A stretch of DNA of 64,000 nt, from positions 15,438,001-15,502,000 of the forward strand of contig NC_043021.1 in assembly GCF_006345805.1 (NCBI RefSeq), written 5' to 3'. Of this stretch, positions 24,725 through 35,922 are shown piece after piece. Every line of letters starts with the position of its first letter. Positions within the stretch are counted from its first letter, which is position 1. The notes under the pieces were generated by a model. The model saw nothing but the letters and a program-made list of their open reading frames with translations, ran no database searches and was not told the origin of the DNA. Source of the DNA: Octopus sinensis (lineage: Eukaryota). Made by a program: the position numbers and the translations under genes.

Positions 24725-25150
24725 AGGTATGGCTGTATGGTTAAGAAGTTTTGCTTGCCAACTACATGGCCTTGAGTTCAATCCCACTACATGGCATATT
24801 GGGTTAGTGTATTCAACTGCAGCTGCGGGCCTGACCAAAGCCTTGTGAGTAGATTTCGTAGATGGAAACTGAAAGAAGCCCATCTTCCACAGACATATAA
24901 AAGTGTGTGTGCATGTGTTTGTGTATGCGACTGTTATACAAGTGGTGTCTACAAGCAGTATCTAAACTTGTGTGTAAAGTGTATCTGGACATGGGGGGGG
25001 GGGATATTACCATAATTGAAAATAGGTAAAGGTTGGTAGCTGGAAGGGCATCCAGCCATAAAAAAAAGTCTGCCTTGACAAATATCCATCCGACCCATAC
25101 AAGCATAGAAAAGTTGACATAAAAAGACAATGAGGATGATGATGATGATG
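24725..25150 (+). mobile_element. SINE family D (A-type head, RTE-type tail)
   Basis: A head and CORE-like block followed by GGAAGGGCATCCAGCC...CATAGAAAAGTTGAC...GATGATG. Confidence 0.7.
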
Positions 25151-26067
25151 CCCCCCTTATGTTTAGGGGGTTTCTTTTTGTAATCATAGGCATCTGAATC
25201 CATACACTTGTAAATGCAATGCCCTATTCCAACTGTGAGCAGCCGTTTTTTTCTCTCATTAATGTTTTAAAGCAGTAATCATCAAGTGCTAATTAAAAGC
25301 AATGTTTTCTCACCTGCTTTGTATATTTCTGCTATTCCGTTGCAACATCTTTGCCTGTATTTCACTGACCTGGTTTTAGATGCAACCGTTTTTTATTCTG
25401 AAAGGCATTATTAAATTGCTTTGAGAACATCTCATTTCACGTCTTAAGATTTGAGAAGTAATCTGGGGTGGGGAAGTAGGTTTTTTCCCCTCTAATCTGT
25501 TTTATTTGACCTTATCTCTCCACTGACTCCGCCTACTACTATTACTACTACTAGCAGCAGGAGCAACACTGCTGCTACTATTACTTCTATAATTTTGTTT
25601 ATATTATTCTTTGGAACAGAAATGGTTTCAACGCTAGAAAATTTGAATTTATGCATTTCTCTCTTCCCTGGGCCTTCAGTCCCTGTTGGGGGTTAGTTGT
25701 AAGGTGTCATTACAAAATAGAGTGGTCCTGGGGCAATTTTAAAATTTGATGGAACCCATCTCACTCTAAGTCAGAACATAGCCAATTTCTTCTTCCAGGG
25801 AAGAAGAGAAGAGGAAGAAAGGTGCTCTTAGCAGAGTTCGTTTGATTGTAAGAATTTGGGCCAGGCCCTCGTGGTTATAAACAAGCATCACTGACATGCA
25901 AAGTGTGTTCCTCGTTTCTAGCTTTCTGTGTAAACTGGTCCAATCATAGGGAAATATTACCTTGCTTTGAAAGTGTGAAGTGTTGGTGATAGGGAGATTA
26001 CCAGGCCTTAGGAAATCTGCCTAAGGAGAAGTAGGCATTAAAACAACACTGATGATAAGGATGATGA

Positions 26068-26109
<42 letters not shown>

Positions 26110-26130
26110 TATATATATACATATATATAA

Positions 26131-26359
26131 AGGCGGAGAGCTGGCAGAACCGTTAGCATGCCGGGTGAAATGCGTAGCCGTATTTCGTCTGCCGTTACGT
26201 TCTGAGTTCAAATTCTGCCGAGGTTGACTTTGTTTTCATCCTTTCAGTGTCAATAAATTAAGTACCAGTTACACACTGGGGTCGATGTAATCAACTTAAT
26301 CCGTTTGTCTGTCCCTTTTTGTCTCCTCTATGTTTAGCCCCTTGTGGGTTATAAAGAAA
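26131..26359 (+). mobile_element. B1 SINE
   Basis: Complete plus-strand copy within (TA)n/(CA)n. Confidence 0.9.
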
Positions 26360-26975
26360 CACACACATATATATATTGTTAGATGTCTCTGTTTTTGTCT
26401 TTATTGTGTAGACTTGATGTCTCCAAAAAAAAATAACAAAACAGACATATTTGTCTGTCTATTAATATTGTCATTTACGTTTAAGAAAATTTTATAAATA
26501 TATTTATGAAAGGAGAAGACGACAAACAAGAAATAAATGGGTCAGGTGGTGGTGGTGCTGGTGGATGAAAGAAAAGTGGGGAGAGGATGAAACTATGGGA
26601 ATTTGTATGAGGTAAGGTAAATATTTAATTTGATTTCCAGGTAGGGGTTGAGGTACGAGGACAACCACAAGGCAGTCGTGGGGGGGGGGGAAGAGGGGAA
26701 GCGGTTCGCAAATGAAAGTGGGTTTTATGAAAAAATCTGTGCTGCCATTTGTATTCATTGTATCTTCTATCTTTGCTGGTCAGTAGAGGTGAAAACAAGT
26801 TTTAGTCAGCCATATTTGGTGACATTTCCTGCGAGAAAAGCAGCTTAGGAATGCCAAACAAGTGTAAACATTACAACTTAAAAGACAGAGACAGACAGAC
26901 AGACAGGCAGGCAGGCAGACATGCGCGTGCACACACATTTGATATTGAAATGAATTAAAAAAAAAAAAAAAAGCT

Positions 26976-27436
26976 ATTTCAGTTATACCTATTTCTTTAC
27001 TACCCACAAGGGGCTAAACACAGAGAGGATAAACAAGGACAGACAAACGGATTAAGTCAATTATATCGACCCCAGTGTGTAACTGGTACTTATTTAATCG
27101 ACCCCGAAAGGATGAAAGGCAAAGTCGACCTCGGCGGAAGTTGAACCCAGAACGTAACGGCAGACGAAATACCTATTTCTTTATTACCCACAAGGGGCTA
27201 AACACAGAGCAGACAAACAAGGACAGACAAATGGATTAAGTCAATTATATCGACCCCAGTGTGTAACTGGTACTTATTTAATCGACCCCGAAAGGATGAA
27301 AGGCAAAGTCGACCTTGGCGGAATTTGAACCCAGAATGTAACGGCAGACGAAATACCACTAAGCATTTCGCCTGGCATGCTAACGATTCTGCCAGCTCGC
27401 CGCCTTACATTTCAGTTATATTTCAGTTATACCTAT
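26976..27436 (-). mobile_element. Composite B1 dimer with a 17-bp TSD
   Basis: ATTTCAGTTATACCTAT at 26976-26992 and 27420-27436; internal 184-bp duplication with junction at 27171. Confidence 0.9.
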
Positions 27437-27700
27437 GGTGGAAGTTGTGGTCGGGATGGGGGCAGTGGTGGAGGTGGTGTCAGTGGGTGTGGTGGGTGTG
27501 GTGGGAGTCAACATTAGCAATTAAATTAAAAGAGTCTGTTTGCCCCGACATCTCCAGTGCATTTGAAGAAACTAATGTAACATGTCATCGTATAATACAT
27601 ACTTATATACATACATACATATATATATATACACACATACGCACACACATATATAAACACATGTATATGTATGTGTATGCATGTATACTGTGTATGTATG

Positions 27701-27730
<30 letters not shown>

Positions 27731-27732
<2 letters not shown>

Positions 27733-27811
27733 GGGAGAATTCACAAAAAACAAAAGATGAAGACGTAATAACGCTTGGAAAGTGAAAAAGTCTTTAACGT
27801 TTCGAGCCTAT
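27731..27811 (-). mobile_element. Penelope-like terminal-repeat fragment (truncated hammerhead-like half)
   Basis: Minus strand reads GGCTCGAAACGTTAAAGAC...TTTTGTTTTTTGTGAATTCTCCC, inside (TA)n. Confidence 0.5.
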
Positions 27812-27835
27812 GTAATATATGTATATATATGTATG

Positions 27836-27901
<66 letters not shown>

Positions 27902-27939
27902 TGTATGTATGTATGTATGTATGTATGTATGTATTTGTG

Positions 27940-28112
27940 CATCTATGTTTGACCCCCCTAACATCGCTTGACAACCGATGCTGGTGTGTTTACGTCCCTG
28001 TAACTTAGCGGTTCAGCAAAAGAGACCGATAGAATAAGTCTGGGATTGACTTGCTCAACTAAAAGTAGTGTTCCAGCATGGCCACAGTCAAATGACTGAA
28101 ACAAGTAAAAGA
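27940..28112 (+). mobile_element. SINE family A, 3' half
   Basis: CATCGCTTGACAACCGATGCTGG...TGACTGAAACAAGTAAAAGAG. Confidence 0.88.
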
Positions 28113-28322
28113 GAGAGTAAATGAATCAAAGAACAAACAGTCCATACAGGCCCTCTTGTGAACTCCAAACTCCTTTTGCCAGCCTCTGGTGTAAAAGTTT
28201 CTTCATTGGCCTGGCTGTGGCTAGAAGAATAATATTATATATTACAATGAAGTGTAAACTGCGAAAGCAGAGACTTCATAGTGTAGTTATAAAGAAATAG
28301 GTTTAATATACTTTATCATATA

Positions 28323-28608
28323 TCTTTATATATAAAACTAAAGTTGTGTGTGTGTCTGTCTACTCCGATTTAGATTCCTAACTACTCCCACATTTTGCGG
28401 TGCAGTTTAACCAAAAGCGGGTATCTTATAGTCGTGATTCATATTGAGCCCTCCTGGGTATTAGCGCGCGTCTACGATGAGTCTACGATTAAAAAAAAAA
28501 ATTACCATAATTTTTCCGCATTTTTAATGATTTTTGCTCGGGTTATATAAGGGAAATAACTCTCTAAAAATGCTTATATACCCGAGCAACGCCGGGCGAT
28601 ACTGCTAG
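28323..28608 (+). mobile_element. Non-autonomous Helitron (286 bp)
   Basis: A|TC start (TCTTTATATATAAAAC), 3' GC hairpin CCCGAGCAACGCCGGG, CTAG|T end 8 nt later; no TSD. Confidence 0.88.
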
Positions 28609-28769
28609 TTGTAATATAAATTGGTTTGCTTTGGGTGGGTTGGTGGTTTTAATTATTCAGGTCACCTCAAAGTGTGCAATGATGTTTGCATGGTGTCCAA
28701 CATGCCAGATTTCAAAGTAAATGCTACATTACTGTTGTGAAATTACTAAGCAGTTTGTGAGGTGAATGC

Positions 28770-29080
28770 TTGTAGCTTATCAGGTGGACAATTAGAGGCA
28801 TTTACTGGAAAACATACCGGAATATGATAGTTGCTGACACATGATAGACAATATCTCTTGATCAACAATATCACTGGCTAATTAGTCTTGTGACATAGAC
28901 TGAACGATTTCAGTCCAAGCTGGCACTATGTTAACAATACCAGCAACAAGATCGCTGGTGAACCTCTACATGATCATTTAATATGCTAGAAACAACAGAC
29001 ACCCCACCAAAAAAAACGTACTGAAAGACGATCTCTGATTGGCTATTACACTTCAAAAACCAACCATTCACAATATTTGT
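28770..29080 (+). mobile_element. Possible highly decayed RTE-type RT fragment
   Basis: Broken reading such as IRGIYWK...HPTKKNVLKDDL, loosely like RTE C-termini; many stops. Confidence 0.25.
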
Positions 29081-29334
29081 TTCATGGAATATCCTCAAAG
29101 TCCTTTCAACTTGTATCACTTGGGCCAGTCAGCCAGCCTGGGTGTTCCAAAAGGGTTCAGGTGGGTACCTTTTGACTACATTCTGTAAAAACATCAGTGC
29201 TAAATTTTTTAACAGTAGGTATTGTTGATAATAGTATTTATTTAACAGCTGTGGCCCAATTACAGGAGTTTGCCTTTGAGATGTTTTATAGATATCTGAT
29301 GACAGTTGTTAGCTATTCAATATAACAATAATGA

Positions 29335-29551
29335 TTTCAAATTTTGGCACAAGACCAGCAAGTTCAGGGAGGGAATAAGTCGATTACATCAACCCCAGTA
29401 CTCAACTGGTACTTACTTTATTGACTTCAAAAGGAAGAAAAATAAAGTTGATCTCAACAGAATATCAATCCAGGGTGTAAAGACAGGTGAAATTCAGCAA
29501 GGCATTTTGCTCAGCATGCTAATGATTCTGCCAGTTCACCACCTTATATAA

Positions 29552-29594
<43 letters not shown>

Positions 29595-30217
29595 CCTTTC
29601 TGCTATAGGCACAAAGCCTGAAATTTTTGGGGAGGGGACTAGTTGATTACATTCACTCCAGTGCTTCACTGGTACTTAATCTGACCCCTAAAGGAGAAAG
29701 ACAAAGTAAACCTGGCGGAATTTGAACTCAGAATGTAGCAATGGGCGAAATACCATTAAGCATTTTGTCTAGTGTGCTAGCAGTTGTGCCACCTTGCCAC
29801 CTTATACAATAATTATAATCCTTTCTGCTATAGCCACAAGGCCTGAAATTTTGTGAGAGGAGACTAGTTGATTACATCGACCCCCAATGTTTCACCGATA
29901 CTTAATTTATCAACCCTGTTAGGATGAAAAACAAAGTCAACCTCGGCAGAATTTGAACTTAGAATATAGCAACATGCGAAATACATATTTCTTTACTACC
30001 CACAAGGGGCTAAACACAGAGGGGACAAACAAGGACAGACAAAGGGATTAAGTCGATTACATCGACCCCAGTGCATAATTGGTATTTATTTAATCGACCC
30101 CGAAAGGATGAAAGGCAAAGTCAACCTCCGCAGAATTTGAACTCAGAACACAGCGGCGGACAAAATGCCGCAAAGCATTTCGTCCGCTGTGCTAACGATT
30201 CTGCCAGTTCGCCACCT
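29335..30217 (-). mobile_element. Head-to-tail array of four B SINEs (B2, B2, truncated B2, B1)
   Basis: Copies at about 29335-29546, 29594-29804, 29818-29980 and 29985-30217, the first three separated by (AAT)n. Confidence 0.88.
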
Positions 30218-30917
30218 TATATAATAATAATAATAATAATAAAAATTATAACAGCAGCAATGATGGTTGGTTGATGGCAAATAGACTATTATCAAGTATC
30301 CATTTTCAGATTAGTACAGCTAACGTTTTCTAGTTGAAGTAGTTTATCACTTCCCCGATCAGCCTCCACCCACTCTTACAGTGTGAAACTTGGGCCAAAG
30401 GTGGCCCCCGAATTATGAGGAAGCTTTTTGTTGTTTTTTAGCTGCAGCTTGAAGTTGGCCTAAAAGATTAATCAAAAGCAACCAGAGAAGATGATTTAAG
30501 TTCTGGTGTTAATAGGATGAAACTAGAGAAGACAGACGTCCATTTTGCACATGCAATGTGTATTAATTGTCAGGGAAATAAAATGTGAACATTGAGAATG
30601 GTGGAATTGGTGGATGTGGTCTCCTGGTAAATTCCTAAGAGGGGGGAAAGAAAGAAAGGGAAAAAGAAACCTATTGCAATTGTTCACCTAGTTGTTTTTT
30701 ATGTATACTTCACATGCATATGTGTGCACAGAGGTGAATGAAACCATCAACACCAGTCCTGTTAAGTGTTTAACACCATTTTGTCTTTCAGCAATGATAG
30801 AATACTCTTAACACATTCCTTCCCCTCTCCTTCCCTCTCTCTATCTGTTGAGGTAGCATTGTATTTATTTATTTGTGTGTGTGTGTATTTGTGTGTGTAT
30901 ATATATATATATATAAA

Positions 30918-31148
30918 AGGTGAGCTGGCAGAAATGTTAGTGCACCGGGCGAAATGCTTAGCAGTATTTCGTCTGCTGTTACGTTCTGGGTTCAAATTCC
31001 GCTGAAGTCAACTTCACCTTTCATCCTTTCGGGTCGATAAATTAAGTACCAGTTATGCACTGGGGTCGATGTAATTGACTTAATCCGTTTGTCTGTCCTT
31101 GTTTGTCCCCTCTGTGTTTATTTAGCCCCTTGAGGGTAGAAAAGAAAT
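30918..31148 (+). mobile_element. B1 SINE
   Basis: Complete plus-strand copy. Confidence 0.9.
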
Positions 31149-31159
31149 ATATATATATA

Positions 31160-31470
31160 TGTCGGTGGCACATAAGAAAACACCATCCGAGCATGGCCGT
31201 CTGCCAGCCTCGTCTGGCACCTGTGTCGGTGGCACATAAAAACGCCATCCGAGCGTGGCCGTCTGCCAGCCTCGTCTGGCACCTGTGTCGGTGGCACATA
31301 AAATCACCCACTACACTCTCGGAGTGGTTGGCGTTAGGAAGGGCATCCAGCTGTAGAAACACTGCCAGATCTGACTGGCCTGGTGCAGCCTTCGAGCTTG
31401 CCAGACCCCAGTTGAACCGTCCAACCCATGCTAGCATGGAAAGCGGACGTTAAACGATGATGATGATGAT
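31160..31470 (+). mobile_element. Young family C copy with near-identical ~62-bp units
   Basis: GTCGGTGGCACATAA...CCATCCGAGCRTGGCCGTCTGCCAGCCTCGTCTGGCACCTGT twice plus a third unit start, then the RTE tail. Confidence 0.92.
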
Positions 31471-31472
31471 GT

Positions 31473-31760
31473 ATCATCATCATTGTTTAACATCTGTTTT
31501 CCATGCTGGCATGGGTTAGACAGCTTGATTGAGGACTGGCAAGCCTGTAGGCTGCACCAGGGTCCAATCTGCTTTTGCAAAAGTTTCTACAGCTTGTTAC
31601 CCTTCTTAATGTCAACCACTCTGAGAGTGTTGTGGGTGCCTTTTACGTGTCACCGGCACGGGAGCCAGTCAGGCAGTATTGGCTTCGACCACATTTGGAT
31701 GGTGCTTTTTATGTGCCACTAGCATGGGGAGCCAGTCAGACGGCACTAGCATCAACCCAC
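31473..31760 (-). mobile_element. Family C copy, tail-to-tail with 31160-31470
   Basis: CATCATCATTGTTTAACATCTGTTTTCCATGCTGGCATGGG... Confidence 0.82.
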
Positions 31761-31906
31761 ATGCACATAGACACTACTAATATTGAACAGTGAGAATTAA
31801 TGTTCAACATCACATTGGTGGATAAATATTCTTTATTTGTGGGTCCAACAAGGCAACCAATGGTTTCATACCAAGAAAAAGATTTCTCAGCTGTTATCAA
31901 GCTTAC

Positions 31907-31989
31907 CACTTGGGACGATGGTCCTCATCTCCATCTTGGATGAGGACATATCACTTGGGACGATGGTCCTCGTCTCCATCTTGGATGAG

Positions 31990-31996
<7 letters not shown>
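31907..31996. repeat. Tandem duplication of a 45-bp hairpin unit
   Basis: CACTTGGGACGATGGTCCTCRTCTCCATCTTGGATGAGRACATAT x2. Confidence 0.9.
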
Positions 31997-32028
<32 letters not shown>

Positions 32029-33074
32029 GTAATCCAAATAAGAAGACGAAGAAAGAGTTTAGCACATCTTAACCGGTTACAATTGTTTTTACATTACCTA
32101 CCACTCTGTTTTAATGCCATTGTATTCAAAAGTTTAGTGTGAGAAATATGGGGGTTTAAACACTACCTTTCAAGGACCCTAATGTGTGTGTGTGTGTGTG
32201 TGTAAAACGAAAGAAAATAGGTGCAAAGTAAATCCGGGCAGATACCTTTTAAGTATTCTGTGGAAATAAAACCCAGCTAATAAAATTATCCAGTTATAGG
32301 TTGAGATTTATTTCTTATGATAGGTACAATTTGCAAATGTGAAGTAGGTCACCAATTATTTTTGGTGTGTTAATCTCAAAGTGTATTAGAAAAAAAACCC
32401 CCATAAAGAATAAAAATGAATTCTTTCTGCTGTTATATACATCCATACCTGCAGTGTACTACCAACACGACACTTCATGGATGTTTTTACCTTAGTTTTT
32501 AAAATCTTGTCTCAAGATTGATCTTGTCTTTGATCTTCACACTGTATGGTTACAGTTATCAGTGAACCCTGAGTCAGCCCCGGTTTTGGCCAAACTTATG
32601 ATCAAAGACAGTCCAACCATTGAACAACCCATCTATTTTATATAGCAGAGACTACCTTGCAGAACATTCTAAAAGACAACAGGACATGATTTGGGAGAGA
32701 GAGAGAGTTTCATTGCTATTTCTAGCAAGCCATACAACCAATTCATGATTCCCCCTTTGTTGTAGTATTCAATGCCTAGTTAAACTATATTCTGTTAGAG
32801 CTTATATGAAGCTGACATTACCTTCAGTTAAACTGCATTCTATTAAGAGCTTGTATGAAGCTGGAACGATGTACTACTACTGCCTGGTGTCAATGTTTGC
32901 GATGTAGCATGAATATGTTGTGATATAATGTGGTATATAAGAGATCTTCTTCTAGATGTAACTTTGAGAGGATTTCAGCTTAGATAAGCAATAGGTGTAT
33001 GTTTACAAGACATTTTATTTAGACATTTAATCAGCTATGTTTACATTTTCTAACATTACTTAGAGGATTATATG

Positions 33075-33191
33075 CATACAAACATACAAATATATATATA
33101 TATAAATGTGTGTGAGTGTGTGTTGTATGTATAAAATACATATATACATAAACACACACACACTCATATATATATGCATATATATATATGT

Positions 33192-33233
<42 letters not shown>

Positions 33234-33246
33234 TTACATATATATA

Positions 33247-33277
<31 letters not shown>

Positions 33278-33306
33278 TATATATAGATAATATATATATG
33301 TACACT

Positions 33307-33347
<41 letters not shown>

Positions 33348-33543
33348 TATATGTACACTTACATATATATATACTATAATATATATATATATAATATATA
33401 TATATATGTACACTGACATATATATATACACATACATATATATATATATATGCATACATACATACATATATATACATACGTACATGCATACATATATATA
33501 TATATATATATATACACACATGTATAATATATATATATATATA

Positions 33544-33580
<37 letters not shown>

Positions 33581-33692
33581 GTATATATATATATATATAT
33601 ATAATATATATATTACACATGTATAATATATATATATATATATATACACATGTATAATATATATATATATAGATATATAATATATACACACG

Positions 33693-33723
<31 letters not shown>

Positions 33724-33769
33724 TATACACAGGTATATAATATATATATATATATATATAATACACATG

Positions 33770-33822
<53 letters not shown>

Positions 33823-33930
33823 TATAGATATATACATATATGTACATATGTATACATAGATATGTCTATATATCTATATATATGCACACACACATACATG
33901 TATGTATACACCTGTGTGTGTGTGTGTAGA
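33075..33930. repeat. Giant (TA)n-based compound microsatellite
   Basis: Seen directly; recurring ATGTACAC and ACACATGTATA interruptions. Confidence 0.95.
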
Positions 33931-34502
33931 CTGCTGTATGCTCTTCGTACATATTTTATCTTATTTCTAAGAAAATTTTTTGTTGTCGAATAAGCTCTAG
34001 GCTGTCAGAGAGCCACCAGAGAGAGAGAGAGAGAGATTTATCTGAAGAAAGGATTTGATATCACTTAGGTATGAGTTATGAGTGTACAGGAGGAGTGTGT
34101 GAGGAAGAAGGAGAGAGAGAGAGATATGTTCGGATGATGTCTACATTAATAACTATTTATCATTGTATAGATATTCATAACGATACACAACGATGACACG
34201 ACACGTTAGATTATCGAGAACAGTCCTACAGAAGAAGCATCAATGGTGTCAAAAGTATGGAAGGTGATGTTATGGGTTTAAGGATGTGTGGGGTGGAGAA
34301 TACACAAGTATTAGATACGTTTGTGGCTGTGTGGTTAAATGGTTAACAGGTTTGCTTTGTAATTTTTAAGGCTTTGGGTTCAACCCTACTTCTTGGCACT
34401 CCTCAAGCAAGTGCAGAACTCAAAAACATAAAGAGCTGGAAGAGATCCCATTTGGCTAATGATTCTGCCAATAACAACAACATCAACAACAATTGTAATC
34501 TT

Positions 34503-34920
34503 GGATCTTTTCGGTTTGAACGGCAGTTTTTTCTAGCTGCGTCATATGAAATTGTCACCCATAATTATGACCCTAGTATCGATCTATTGCATTTCAATCT
34601 GTTTTAGAGTTAAGGCTAGGGGTGGGGGGAAGGGTATCTTTTTTTCTTCAGAAATGTAAATAAACCCAATCTGTTTCTTAAACGAGGGACATATTCATAC
34701 GGCACAGAATGTTGTTTACCTCAATGGACATCATTGATTGGTTGAAATTGCAGAAATTGAAAAAAAAAAACCAACAAATATCTTACAAACTATAGAATTT
34801 TCTCAATAAAGCCAAGAGAAAAAGATGTTTTATAAACACATTCTACCAGTTTATGAAGTTTAAAAGTGTTTAGTTACAAAGAAATTATGTTAAAAACTGC
34901 TGTTCAAACCGAAAAGATCC
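34503..34920. mobile_element. MITE with GG...CC termini (418 bp), superfamily unresolved
   Basis: 28-bp TIR GGATCTTTTCGGTTTGAACRGCAGTTTT with 1 mismatch; TSD not clearly resolved. Confidence 0.85.
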
Positions 34921-34921
34921 A

Positions 34922-35250
34922 TAATCCTTTCTACTATAGGCACAAGGCCTGAAATTTGGGTAAGGGGTGGGGTGGTGCTAATTGATTACATTGACCCCCA
35001 GTGCTCAACTAGTATTTATTTTATTGACCCCACCCCCCGGAAAGGATGTTACTCAAAGTCAACCTTGGTGGAATTTGAACTCAGAACCCTAAAACAGACG
35101 AAATGATGCTAAGCATTTCTGTCCAGCATGCTACAAATTTTGGCTCAAAGCCGGCAATTTTGGGAAAGAGTGTTAGTCAGCTGCAGTATTTGATTGGTGC
35201 TATATCTTATCAGTTCTGGCAGGTCAAGTGAAAGGTGAAGCTGACTTCAG
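34922..35250 (-). mobile_element. B2 copy plus a second decayed B2
   Basis: TAATCCTTTCTACTATAGGCACAAGGCCTGAAATTT tail and Meta-like block. Confidence 0.75.
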
Positions 35251-35339
35251 CATGGATGTGTTAAACCTGCCTGTGTGTATGTGAATGCGTTAATGGTGAA
35301 CAGGAATATTCCTGGGCCACTGGTAAAATATTTAGCTCC

Positions 35340-35760
35340 AAAGTCAATCAGGATCAAACAGAGCTAGAATCGAAGGAAATTTGGCAGCAACCATCACATT
35401 GTTTTTCAAGCATGGTGTATCTTGGACTACATTACTCAATGTATCTTTCCTTTTTTAAGATGATATGGTGTGATTTGAATGACATTTACCTGCTACTTCT
35501 AGCAAGCCATTGGACCATACTGAAGCTCTGGTGGCTATAGTATTTAACATTAGCAGCTGAAGTAGAAGCTATTTAGCCCTGGGTTTGGCATAACCAAACA
35601 GTCCTACAACCAAAGACATTCCAGCCTCAGCCAACACACCTGTATTTCCTACATTGGTGTAAATCCAAGGACCTTACTATCCAATGTACCCTTCCTTTTT
35701 TGAGTTGGTAGGGTGTGATATGAGGCTGATTTAGCTTCTATATCTAGCAAGTGATGTGAC
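35340..35760 (+). repeat. Two tandem family H copies
   Basis: TATTTAGCYCC...GGACYACATTA...TGATTT...GCTRCTTCTAGCAAG occurs twice. Confidence 0.6.
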
Positions 35761-35814
35761 TGTGTAAAAAGTTTCACTGGCTCTTGTTTATTACCATGTA
35801 TTGGTTTCTGGCAC

Positions 35815-35885
35815 ACTTGTGTGTGTGTGTGTGTATTTACATACATGTATTTTTGTGTGTGTGTTTCCATGTATATGCATATGTT

Positions 35886-35922
<37 letters not shown>

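Noticed and set aside
31160-31320. CRISPR-like array of palindromic repeats (also 7135-7450, 55133-55430)
   Set aside because: Units are contiguous without unique spacers, belong to a dispersed retroelement, and no cas genes exist in this eukaryotic context.
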